A stretch of DNA of 56,999 bases from a virus (Duplodnaviria; Caudoviricetes). Shown here piece by piece: positions 25,928-34,591 of this stretch. How positions within the stretch are numbered: position 1 is the stretch's first letter; each line of letters begins with the position of its first letter. The stretch is from positions 1 to 56,999 of IMG/VR virus record IMGVR_UViG_3300019872_000003; one strand, given 5' to 3'. The position numbers and the translations under genes were made by a program. The notes under the pieces are model-generated. The model was not told where the DNA came from. It worked only from the letters and a program-made list of their open reading frames with translations, and did not search any database.

Positions 25928-26292
25928 TCGATCGTCACGCCCTTCTTGAAGGCGAGGCGCAGAGCTTCATCCTTGTCCATCGCCTTGTACAGGCACATGC
26001 GGTCAGTGTACCGCATCGTCCAGACGCCATCGGGATCCTTGAAGTAGAAGCACTCGATGAGTCCCTGCGGCTTCTCTGAGATCTGCGCGGAGAAGCGGTC
26101 TTCCTCGTTGGGAAGCTTGGTGCGTCCGACCTTGTGCAGGACGTACGATCCAGCCTCGGTGATGTAGATCTTCGTCTCGGTCCAGCGATCCTTGCTGGGC
26201 GTGAAGCTCGAGTGCTCGGCCAGCAGCGTCCCGCGGAAGTTCACCGCGCCGCCTGGTCCGTCAGTGAGAGTGAACTCGTCCATGTCAGTCAT
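25924..26292 (-). CDS. Hypothetical protein
   Basis: F.G.LL...S....RWTE..IY.T..G.YVL pattern; GACGGAAGGA upstream. Confidence 0.65.
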   Translation of the reverse strand: MTDMDEFTLTDGPGGAVNFRGTLLAEHSSFTPSKDRWTETKIYITEAGSYVLHKVGRTKLPNEEDRFSAQISEKPQGLIECFYFKDPDGVWTMRYTDRMCLYKAMDKDEALRLAFKKGVTIE

Positions 26293-26382
26293 CGTCCTTC
26301 CGTCCTCGTGTGTCGCTTCCTTGTGCGGTCGACAGTAGCCTACGGCGTACTGAGATGACCACGTAGATGACCAGCGACCACA

Positions 26383-26613
26383 CTAGAGTTCAGCGTCTAT
26401 CAGCAGGATCTGCACTTCACGGAGTGCGTCGTTGTATCCTGCGCTGTAGTCGCCTGTGTGCGGCTTCATGCGAATCGCAAGAACGTGACGTATCGCTTTC
26501 ACCAGCGCTCGCTCGCGCTTCTTCGCGAGTCCCAGCTTGAACGAGCGCTGCTGTCGTGTGTAGGTGATGACGCGGTTCACGTCCACCTCGTTCAGTTTCT
26601 CGAGTGCCATCAC
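26383..26613 (-). CDS. Hypothetical protein
   Basis: YSAGYNDAL motif; overlap with the upstream stop. Confidence 0.55.
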   Translation of the reverse strand: MMALEKLNEVDVNRVITYTRQQRSFKLGLAKKRERALVKAIRHVLAIRMKPHTGDYSAGYNDALREVQILLIDAEL

Positions 26614-26771
26614 AGCCACCATGGTCCGTAGTCAGCGTGCATGTCGTTGATCATTGCGTCGTAGATCGGCGTCGGTTCCCGTTGCCGTTCTTCCTCTCTC
26701 ATCTGTGCGACCACCTTCATCACAGCGATCTCTGCGATGAGTCGATCCGTTGGGGAGTGGTGCTCCTGCAT
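26610..26771 (-). CDS. Hypothetical protein
   Basis: GGGAGG RBS upstream. Confidence 0.5.
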   Translation of the reverse strand: MQEHHSPTDRLIAEIAVMKVVAQMREEERQREPTPIYDAMINDMHADYGPWWL

Positions 26772-26993
26772 GTTCACGTGAGTCCCTCCCGTGGGACAGA
26801 CGACGTCCTCACGGGTGACACCGCGAGTGTGTACTTGACCTTCACTGGTGCTGTGGTCATACCGCCCACGTCTCCCCGCACTCGCATCGAAACAACCAAC
26901 CCCGAGATGAATCACCGAGGGGGATCGTGATGCCTCGATTCACCGTGATGGAGTGGCCCTGTCGGTACAGGTGCCACCAGCGGGTGCGACGCA

Positions 26994-27350
26994 TCACGAC
27001 TCCCCCTTGAGGAACGCGAGGACGGCATCAGTGACGGCGGCGGTGCGGCAGTGGACCGTTACGGGCCCTTCGATGTCGTGGACCTCTCGGGCCGTGATGT
27101 TGGCACGGATGACGTCGTGGAGGGCGTCCCGGTCGGGTAGCGGCACCAGGGTTACGCGACCTTCGATGTCGTCCAGCATCCTTTGCGCTGAACCGGCTAT
27201 GGTCGTCAGCCGCTCTACCTCGTCCACCGTTTCGGTGTGCTCCGCGATCAGATCCGCCAGGGCACCGATCGCTGACTCGTGCTGCATCCGCCAGTACGCA
27301 GCACGACCGGCCTCGGACTTCATCCCGCCCTGTGGATTCCCGTCCATCAC
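26994..27350 (-). CDS. Hypothetical protein (partial paralogue of 27347-27862)
   Basis: Shares DEVER, VPLPDRDAL and LAFLxGES blocks with its neighbour. Confidence 0.6.
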   Translation of the reverse strand: MMDGNPQGGMKSEAGRAAYWRMQHESAIGALADLIAEHTETVDEVERLTTIAGSAQRMLDDIEGRVTLVPLPDRDALHDVIRANITAREVHDIEGPVTVHCRTAAVTDAVLAFLKGES

Positions 27351-27862
27351 TGACCACTCTCCCCTCGGAGGAACGCGAGGATCTCGGTAGTAACGGCGCT
27401 GTAGAAGTTGTAATCCTGGCTGTACCAGTTGATGACGACGCCGTCACGCTGCGCCGTATCCCATATCCGATTCACCAGTGCGTCGCGGTCGGGTAGCGGC
27501 ACCCGGCGGACAGGAGATTCCCCGGCGATCTTCGACAGTGGCCCGTCCATGCGTGTCGGGTCCTCGGCCCACGCGGTGAGGACACGGGCACCCTCGGTGT
27601 ACGCGTAGTGGACCCGGGGGCTGTAGTCCGGTCCCGTCTCGGCGTCCCACTGGTCGGCGTTGCGCTGGAACACGGCGGCGCAGTCAGCGATGACCGATGC
27701 CCGCTCCTCCGTCAGTCGTTCGATCTCCGACCGTTGCCGCTCTACCTCGTCCAGTGCAGCAGACCAGCGGCGGAGGTTCTCCGTCCACGCACGGGTGACC
27801 CGCACACACTCCACGATGGACGCTCGGTCTGCTGCGATCTGCTCAGGTGTGAACCCGCTCAT
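27347..27862 (-). CDS. Hypothetical protein
   Basis: ATGA overlap; short coiled coil. Confidence 0.6.
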   Translation of the reverse strand: MSGFTPEQIAADRASIVECVRVTRAWTENLRRWSAALDEVERQRSEIERLTEERASVIADCAAVFQRNADQWDAETGPDYSPRVHYAYTEGARVLTAWAEDPTRMDGPLSKIAGESPVRRVPLPDRDALVNRIWDTAQRDGVVINWYSQDYNFYSAVTTEILAFLRGESGQ

Positions 27863-28161
27863 GACTCCCTCACTCCCGTGAGGCGGGTGAACGAGGCGGG
27901 CGCGTCGAGCGGCATCAGGGTGCCGTTGTAGACATGCACGACGACCGGACGGTCCTCCGGCCACTCGTCGTGATGTATGCCGCGATCCAACGCAAGGGAC
28001 CACTCGCACTCGCGCAGATCGATCTCGGAGTCCTTGCACCGCTGCGAGTGCAGGATGTAGACCGTCTGCTCGTCGGACACAGCGCGGGCCAGGTGGTGGT
28101 GCGGGTGTCGATGCGCTCCGACGATGCGCTCGATCTCCTCGGCAGGTACCAAATCGCTCAT
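27859..28161 (-). CDS. Hypothetical protein
   Basis: IERIVGA.RH..HH.ARAVS.EQTVYILHS..C....LREC..SLALDRGI; overlaps at both ends. Confidence 0.65.
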   Translation of the reverse strand: MSDLVPAEEIERIVGAHRHPHHHLARAVSDEQTVYILHSQRCKDSEIDLRECEWSLALDRGIHHDEWPEDRPVVVHVYNGTLMPLDAPASFTRLTGVRES

Positions 28162-28400
28162 GACGGCTTCACCTCTTTCGTCTCTGTGTCGACCCCGTCC
28201 TTCAGTGCCTGTGTGGCGATCTGAGGTCCGAGCTTGTCGGTGTCCGTCTCGAAGGCGTACGTCGTCAAGGCGTGGCGGTAGATGTCGCGCTCGGCCAGCA
28301 GACGATTGATGCTGGCGATCTGGCGCTCAACCTGCGCTTGCCGGCGTGCGTCTTGGTCAGCCGCACGCTGCATTGCCTCTTCGTAGAGAGCCTGGTTCAT
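28158..28400 (-). CDS. Hypothetical coiled-coil protein
   Basis: ATGA overlaps. Confidence 0.55.
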   Translation of the reverse strand: MNQALYEEAMQRAADQDARRQAQVERQIASINRLLAERDIYRHALTTYAFETDTDKLGPQIATQALKDGVDTETKEVKPS

Positions 28401-28594
28401 GCGAGCTCCGCCAGTCGTGTGTGGATGTTGGCCTCGGCGAGTAGCATCGTGTGCTGCGCGAAGAGGGTGGGCTGGTACGTCCGATGCTTGCCTTCCCACT
28501 CGAGCCGCACATCGGCGGCGCGACGAAGAAGCACTTTGGCGTTGTGGATCTGCGCCCGTCGTTCGGCGGGGTCGTACGGTTCGTTGAGTGGCAT
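28397..28594 (-). CDS. Hypothetical protein
   Basis: GAGGAG RBS. Confidence 0.55.
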   Translation of the reverse strand: MPLNEPYDPAERRAQIHNAKVLLRRAADVRLEWEGKHRTYQPTLFAQHTMLLAEANIHTRLAELA

Positions 28595-28597
28595 GGC

Positions 28598-28771
28598 CTA
28601 CGGCTCCTCGCCTACGATGTCGGTCAAAGCGAGAAGAGCGTGTGCGATCGCCAGTTGAGTGTACTGAGCGGCAGCCGCATCCTGACCCTTGGTGGAGCGA
28701 TGTTTGGCTGCGACCAGGAACTCCTCGGCTGCGTACTTGTGCTGAGCCTGGGTGTATTGCTTCTTCATCAT
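28598..28771 (-). CDS. Hypothetical protein
   Basis: AIAHALLALT motif; GACGGGAAGGA RBS. Confidence 0.55.
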   Translation of the reverse strand: MMKKQYTQAQHKYAAEEFLVAAKHRSTKGQDAAAAQYTQLAIAHALLALTDIVGEEP

Positions 28772-28793
28772 GGCTTGCTGCGTCCTTCCCGTC

Positions 28794-29621
28794 TTAGAAG
28801 CTGGTCGGGAATCCCTTGTCGTTCTTGGTGACCTGAACGATCTTCTCTTCCTTCTCACCTCCGAACGCAACCGCATTCGCTGACTTGTTGGGTCCGCGCT
28901 TGACGATGCCCTTCGGCAGGGACTTCTCGAGTGGTTCGAGGCTAGGGTCCCAGTCGTACTTGGGAAACCGAGCCTTGCGGGGCGCTCCGTCGTCCGTAGG
29001 CTGGGCGTATGGGTTGTACGGGTCTATCCCCACAGGCCACCGTCCGCGTCCTGTCGGATGCTCGGTGAACTCCCAGAGACATCCGGTGATCTTGTTGCGG
29101 TACGGTCCGAACCAGATGACCTCACCGGCGTTGTTCTGCCGGTTGAACGCCACCTGCTTGCGAGGGAACGTGATGTCCTCGATGGAGCTGAAGCGGTAAC
29201 GTCTGGTCCCAGTCGGATGGACCGCTGTGACATCACAGACGAAGACGATGCCGGGCATGCTCATCTTGTCCACGTATCGGATGCTGCGCACGGTCTGGTG
29301 CGCTGTGAAGTCGTCATCGCCAACGAGGTGACCGGTCGGCGATGGAAGCTTGTCGCCCACGAACAGCTCGTGAAGCTTGGGAGGCGTCGCAGCCGTCCGC
29401 CAGTCGAAGGAGGCGTACGGCTCGCGACGTGGTAGGAAGACGGGATCCCACGGTCCGAAGGAGTGCACCTCTTCATCGGCGCCGCTGGTATGCGTGACGG
29501 TAACGACGATGAGACCGCTGGCTGCGTCTGTGGCAATGCTCGACACGATTGCGAACGGGTAACGGCTGGTGGGGATCCGATCACCTGTGCGAAGGTCGAT
29601 TGCTTGACGTGGTTCGGTCAT
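28794..29621 (-). CDS. Hypothetical protein with two tandem small beta-domains
   Basis: AIDLRTGDRIP / LHELFVGDKLP repeat starts; first gene of the left arm. Confidence 0.6.
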   Translation of the reverse strand: MTEPRQAIDLRTGDRIPTSRYPFAIVSSIATDAASGLIVVTVTHTSGADEEVHSFGPWDPVFLPRREPYASFDWRTAATPPKLHELFVGDKLPSPTGHLVGDDDFTAHQTVRSIRYVDKMSMPGIVFVCDVTAVHPTGTRRYRFSSIEDITFPRKQVAFNRQNNAGEVIWFGPYRNKITGCLWEFTEHPTGRGRWPVGIDPYNPYAQPTDDGAPRKARFPKYDWDPSLEPLEKSLPKGIVKRGPNKSANAVAFGGEKEEKIVQVTKNDKGFPTSF

Positions 29622-29702
29622 ACGGACAACCTAGCACCAAAGTTGGCCCGCAGGACACAAAGGCTGTTCTTTCTTAGTCCCAATAGGTCTCGATCGTGAC
29701 AG

Positions 29703-29790
29703 ACGCGCGTACGCGCAGACGCACGCGCGTATACGCGCGCGTTACTCGCTCGTGACTTATCCCTATCTTATTATCTTAGTCTTCCTTGTC
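29703..29790. other. Alternating purine-pyrimidine palindromic tract plus AT-rich segment in the divergent intergenic region
   Basis: GCGCGTACGCGC (29705-16) and CGCGCGTATACGCGCG (29724-39), followed by TTATCCCTATCTTATTATCTTAG. Confidence 0.6.
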
Positions 29791-30061
29791 TAAACTGGAC
29801 TACGCAAAAGCGCGATACAAGGAGTTTGCAAGAGGACAGCAAAGATCATAATGTTGGGATAAGAGGAGATTCATGGGTTGACGGGGGTGGTACGGTTGTG
29901 GCATGGCGAATCGGGAGACAGAGTTCGGCGGGATGGATGGGCTGCTGCAGCCCGTGGAGAAAGGTGCGGTGCGGACACCGAGCGAACTGCTGGGGATGTC
30001 GCACCGGTCCGATCCGGAAGATGCAACGTCGGGGACCGGCACTGGTGGGTCCGCAGCGTAA

Positions 30062-30586
30062 GTGAACAACCCGGAGGGTTGGGACGTGGAAGAGAGTGAA
30101 GAGGCGAAGGTGGAGTCCGCCTTCCCCACGCAGTACACGCTGCCTGACGGCTCCGTCATCCCAAGGAAGTGGCAGTTCGTAGTCAGTGGTGACATCCCAC
30201 TTGAAGAGCTGGATGACGTCGAGTTGTCACGTATGCAGCTCCGTGACAAGCGTGGATCCTTCAGTGGCGCTGCTCCTCGTCTCGTGCCGCGTGACATCGC
30301 CGAGGCGCATGGGCGTGAGCTGCTGGCGCGGAACGATCGCATCCTGCGCGAGGTGCTGCTCCCGGCGACAGAGGTGTTCGTCGCGGTGATGCTGAACGAG
30401 CGTGCCAAGGACGCCGATCGCATGAAGGCTGCGGAGTACCTGCACACCCGCTTCATGGGCAAGGTGCCGGACAAGCTGGAGGTCACCGCCGAGCTCAAGC
30501 CGTGGGAAGGTCTGGTGGCGGAGGTTGTCGTCATCACCGAGGAGGCGGAGCCGGGGCTACGCCTCATACAGGGCGAGGTCGGGTAG
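30062..30586 (+). CDS. Terminase small subunit (probable)
   Basis: Upstream of TerL; RDKRGSFSG..P and DRMKAAEYL..RFMGK pattern. Confidence 0.65.
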   Translation: MNNPEGWDVEESEEAKVESAFPTQYTLPDGSVIPRKWQFVVSGDIPLEELDDVELSRMQLRDKRGSFSGAAPRLVPRDIAEAHGRELLARNDRILREVLLPATEVFVAVMLNERAKDADRMKAAEYLHTRFMGKVPDKLEVTAELKPWEGLVAEVVVITEEAEPGLRLIQGEVG

Positions 30587-30628
30587 GCTACCGTACTGGT
30601 CACCGGTAACGTCCTACAGGAGGCTCCA

Positions 30629-30811
30629 GTGGCACCCCTCGTCAACAAGCTCGTGTTCCCCGTCAAGAACGGACGCGACAAGGAGCAGACCGCTCTGCTC
30701 AAGCGTGCAAGCAAGGGGAAGCCTCGCGCTCCTCTGACGTCAAGCAACGGCGTGTCCCAGCAGGGACGCAAGGTCGCCGGCGGAGCGGACATCTCCGGTG
30801 GCACTGTCTGA
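30629..30811 (+). CDS. Hypothetical basic protein
   Basis: AGGAGG RBS, GTG start. Confidence 0.5.
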   Translation: MAPLVNKLVFPVKNGRDKEQTALLKRASKGKPRAPLTSSNGVSQQGRKVAGGADISGGTV

Positions 30812-32210
30812 GGTTGCTCCTCGGACTGGCAATCGGCTCGTCGTCTCGCAGCCTGAACTCTTCAGGCGTATCGGGTTCGTCCCGCACGCCGGGCAAGAGG
30901 ACATCCTGCGAGACACGTCCCGCTTTCAGGCAGTGGCCGCTGGCCGTCGGTTCGGGAAGTCCGAGATCGGCGGCCATCGGCTTGTCACAGAGGCGTTCAA
31001 AGCGTACTACCGCCGCGCTGAGCTCGAAGACATGGGCAAGCGTGCAGAGTTCTGGATCGTCGGGCCAGAGTACAGCGATGCAGAGAAAGAGTTCCGCATC
31101 CTGTGGAACGAGCTGCAGAAGCTGCAGGTTCCGTTCGATCGGCCTGGGTCGTACAACGATCCCATCAGCGGCATGCTGCACATCTCCCTGTGGAAGGGCC
31201 GCTTCCAAGTGCATGGGAAGTCAGCCAAGCACCCTGAGACGTTGGTCGGTGAAGGCCTGCACGGAGCGATCGGTGCAGAGGCAGCGAAGCTGAAGGAGCG
31301 AGTGTGGACGAAGTACGTGCGTCCCACGCTGAACGACTTCCATGGCTGGGCGCTGCTGACCTCAACGCCTGAAGGCAAGAACTGGTTCTACGAGGCGTGG
31401 CAGAAGGGGCAGGATCCCGACGATCCCGCATGGGCATCGTGGCGACGTCCTGCGTGGAGTAACCCGTACGTGTACCCAGGCGGTGAGCTCGACTCTGAGA
31501 TCCTGCAGCTGAGGCGTGACCTCAGCGGGCCGATGTTCAACCAAGAGATCGGTGCACTCTTCACGGAGTACGTCGGCCGCGTCTTCCAGGACTTCGATGA
31601 AGAGGAGCACGTGGGAGACCTGTCGTACGATCCCACGTGGAGCACGTACGCCGCGGTGGACTACGGCTTCACCAACCCCAGCGTCTGGCTGCTGATCCAG
31701 GTAGACCCGTTCGGGCAGCGCATCAACATCCTCGGTGAGTGCTACGAGCGAGGCATGTCACCCGATGAGTTCGCTGAGGAAGTGATGCGGCGGAAGCTCT
31801 GTCCCAACAGCCTCATCACCTTCTACCCGGAACCCGCATCGCCGGGAGACACCCGCATCCTCGAGGCGAAGCTGAAGAAGCGAGCGACGGGTGGCACGGG
31901 CGGTGAGCTGAAGTACCGGCTCGAGGCGATCCGCCAGGCGTTGCGTCCCCTCATGCCGCACCTCGACTACGACCACCCAGAGTGGCGGCCACGTCTGATG
32001 GTCGACCGCAAGTGCACGGAGTTCATCCGTGAGTTCAACGACTACCGCTACCCTGACCGCAAGGACGAGCAAGACAAGAACGCTCCTGAGCTACCGATGA
32101 AGAAGGACGACCACACGCCAGAGGCGTTGGGCCGGTTCTTCGCGGGACACTTCGGGCGGGCTGCGCTGAAGAGCCGTAGGACGGCTGTGCGCGGTAGCAC
32201 GATGTCATAG
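30798..32210 (+). CDS. terL: Terminase large subunit
   Basis: PHAGQ, AGRRFGKS, STPEGKNWFY, VDYGFTNP, DDHTPEALG. Confidence 0.92.
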   Translation: MALSEVAPRTGNRLVVSQPELFRRIGFVPHAGQEDILRDTSRFQAVAAGRRFGKSEIGGHRLVTEAFKAYYRRAELEDMGKRAEFWIVGPEYSDAEKEFRILWNELQKLQVPFDRPGSYNDPISGMLHISLWKGRFQVHGKSAKHPETLVGEGLHGAIGAEAAKLKERVWTKYVRPTLNDFHGWALLTSTPEGKNWFYEAWQKGQDPDDPAWASWRRPAWSNPYVYPGGELDSEILQLRRDLSGPMFNQEIGALFTEYVGRVFQDFDEEEHVGDLSYDPTWSTYAAVDYGFTNPSVWLLIQVDPFGQRINILGECYERGMSPDEFAEEVMRRKLCPNSLITFYPEPASPGDTRILEAKLKKRATGGTGGELKYRLEAIRQALRPLMPHLDYDHPEWRPRLMVDRKCTEFIREFNDYRYPDRKDEQDKNAPELPMKKDDHTPEALGRFFAGHFGRAALKSRRTAVRGSTMS

Positions 32211-32246
32211 GGCAGAGCCCACCCACCACTGCACTAGGAGCGCAGG

Positions 32247-33761
32247 ATGGCAACGACGAGTACCCCGTACTCGACAGTCAGACCACTAATGGGAGCTGCA
32301 CCCACGTGGCTAGGCGCGGCCGATGCAGAACGCATCGAGTCGTACCGCATCTACGAAGACATGTATTGGAACGCTCCCGAGACCTTTGTGCTGATGCAGC
32401 GTGGCTCGGAGAGCAACCCCATCTACATCCCCAGCGCGAAGGTCATCATCGAGGCGACGAACCGTTACCTCGGCGTTGGGTTCGACTACCTGGTGGATCC
32501 GCGTGTCGGCACTCCCGCCGACCAGCTCGTTGCACAGGGGCAGCTCGAGCGCCTCTTCAAGCGCGAGATGTTGTGGACGAAGTTCTCAACACAGAAGCGG
32601 TTCGGCCTCATCAGAGGCGATGCGATTTGGCACATCATCGGCGATGCAGCGAAGTTGCCGGGAAGCCGCATCAGCATCTACGAGGTTGACCCGGCATCGT
32701 ACTTCCCCATCTACGAGGACGACAACCTCGACCGACTGGTCGGTGTGCACCTCGTAGACCAGGTGGAGTACGAGAAGAAGGTGGTGGTGCGTCGGCAGAC
32801 GTACCGCAAGGTGCCGGGTACCACCACCATCACCACAGAGCTGGCGTTGTTCGAGGCGGGCAAGTGGGACGACCGCGACTCGACGCCATACGGCGAGGGA
32901 AGTACGGGCAAGCAAAGCGAGGAGCTCAAGCTCGTCAAGCAGCTCGTTCCCGTCACTCCCCTCGACGTGAAGATCACGGCACTCCCTGTGTACCAGGTGT
33001 GCAACATGCGAACGCCGTCCTCACCGTTCGGCTCAAGCGAGCTACGGGGCCTCGAGCGAATCTCTGCTGCCGTGAACCAGGGCATCAGCGATCAGGAGTT
33101 GGCCCTTGCACTTGACGGCATCGGCCTCTATGCGACGACCAGTGGTCCTCCCACAGATGTCGATGGGAATGAAGTCAACTGGATCCTCGGTCCAGGCCGG
33201 GTGGTCGAGATCGACCCCGAGACTGACTTCAAGCGGGTGGCGGGTGTCTCGTCACTGCCGGCTCTCGAGCATGTGAAGTTCCTCCTGGAGGAGCAGCGCC
33301 GTGCGGCGGGCGTACCCGACATCGCTGCAGGCATGGTGGACGTCACCGTCGCAGAGTCGGGTATTGCCTTGTCGCTTCAGCTCTCTCCCCTCCTCGCCAA
33401 GAATGCGGAGAAGGAGCAAGAGATGCTGGGCGTGTACGACCACATGCTGTACGACATCGTGCAGATGTGGCTGCCCACGTACGAGGGCGTATCGCCTGGC
33501 CTCGAGGTGGAGGTCGCCAGCATCGTGCAGGACGCGATGCCGGTCAACAGGGAAGCCCGTGTCGCGGAGTTGCTGGCCTTGCTCGCAGCAAAGGTCATCA
33601 GCGCAGAGTACGCACGGGAAGAGCTCACGAAGTACGGCTACGACTTCCCCGCCGAGATGGGCGAGGCGATCGTCGCAGAGACAACCGCACTCACGGCGGC
33701 GACAGGATACGATCCGTTCGCGAGCAGAGTTTCATCGGAGCTTGAGGAGAGCACACTATGA
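32247..33761 (+). CDS. Portal protein
   Basis: Follows TerL, ~500 aa, FGSSEL..E, ESGIAL motifs. Confidence 0.85.
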   Translation: MATTSTPYSTVRPLMGAAPTWLGAADAERIESYRIYEDMYWNAPETFVLMQRGSESNPIYIPSAKVIIEATNRYLGVGFDYLVDPRVGTPADQLVAQGQLERLFKREMLWTKFSTQKRFGLIRGDAIWHIIGDAAKLPGSRISIYEVDPASYFPIYEDDNLDRLVGVHLVDQVEYEKKVVVRRQTYRKVPGTTTITTELALFEAGKWDDRDSTPYGEGSTGKQSEELKLVKQLVPVTPLDVKITALPVYQVCNMRTPSSPFGSSELRGLERISAAVNQGISDQELALALDGIGLYATTSGPPTDVDGNEVNWILGPGRVVEIDPETDFKRVAGVSSLPALEHVKFLLEEQRRAAGVPDIAAGMVDVTVAESGIALSLQLSPLLAKNAEKEQEMLGVYDHMLYDIVQMWLPTYEGVSPGLEVEVASIVQDAMPVNREARVAELLALLAAKVISAEYAREELTKYGYDFPAEMGEAIVAETTALTAATGYDPFASRVSSELEESTL

Positions 33762-34081
33762 CCGTGTACAACAAGTTCGTTCCCAGCGTGGGTGGTGGCA
33801 CCGCCCCGGTGTTTGCTGCTGCGGCTGCGAGCGACCAGGTGCAGAACCCCACAGGTGGTGTCCTCGTCATCCGATGTGGCGCCACCGGCACGACCGCGAC
33901 GCTCGTCACGCCGGGCAACCTGCCCAACGGCGATGCGTACCCGGACAAGGCGATCGTCGTTCCTGCGAACCAGGAGCGGTGGGTCATCCTCGGGCCGGAG
34001 TATAGCGACGGGAACAACCAGCTGAGCGTGAACTGGTCGTCCACGGTGACTACCACGTGGGCCTGCGTCTCGATGAGCTGA
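33758..34081 (+). CDS. Hypothetical (possibly virion) protein
   Basis: ATGA overlap, beta-rich. Confidence 0.6.
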   Translation: MTVYNKFVPSVGGGTAPVFAAAAASDQVQNPTGGVLVIRCGATGTTATLVTPGNLPNGDAYPDKAIVVPANQERWVILGPEYSDGNNQLSVNWSSTVTTTWACVSMS

Positions 34082-34311
34082 TGAGCGAAGACAACACGGT
34101 CTTCGGGCTTCCCATCGAGACTGGGTTGCCCGAAGGCTGGCTTCCACTTGAGGCCGTCGTCCTCGTGAAGTGCATTGATGCAGACGGCGACTCCTGTTGG
34201 ATCAACCGCAAGACCGAGAACCTGAACTCGATGGAGCAGCTAGGCATGCTGAACGCAGCACTGCTCATGGCACAGCAAGACATCGTAGGACGGACAGAGA
34301 ATGCCGACTGA
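34081..34311 (+). CDS. Hypothetical protein
   Basis: LPEGWLPLEAVVLVKCIDADG..W......EQLGML. Confidence 0.6.
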   Translation: MSEDNTVFGLPIETGLPEGWLPLEAVVLVKCIDADGDSCWINRKTENLNSMEQLGMLNAALLMAQQDIVGRTENAD

Positions 34312-34591
34312 AGTCGTTAGGACCATGGGCAATGATCTCGTTGCCGTGTGGTGCCCAGCGTGTGACGACGCGGTGGTGCTGGGCGTCAACACGCCGCACG
34401 GCTGGACGTTCGATGGCAACATGGAGAAGCCAACGTTCGAGCCCAGCATCAAGGTGATGGGCAACACCGGCACGAAGGACACCGTCTGCCACTCGTTTTT
34501 GAGGGCCGGGGTGTGGCAGTTCCTGGATGACTGCACACACGCGATGCGCGGCATGATGCCTGTCGTTCCGTTCCCGGAGTACTGGGGATGA
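34301..34591 (+). CDS. DUF6527-like Zn-binding protein
   Basis: WCPAC..WTFDGNMEKPTFEPSI..CHSF..G.WQFLDDCTH. Confidence 0.65.
   Translation: MPTEVVRTMGNDLVAVWCPACDDAVVLGVNTPHGWTFDGNMEKPTFEPSIKVMGNTGTKDTVCHSFLRAGVWQFLDDCTHAMRGMMPVVPFPEYWG

Noticed and set aside
26780-26990. Possible ncRNA or tRNA in the intergenic gap
   Set aside because: No cloverleaf, T-loop motif or convincing long stem seen.
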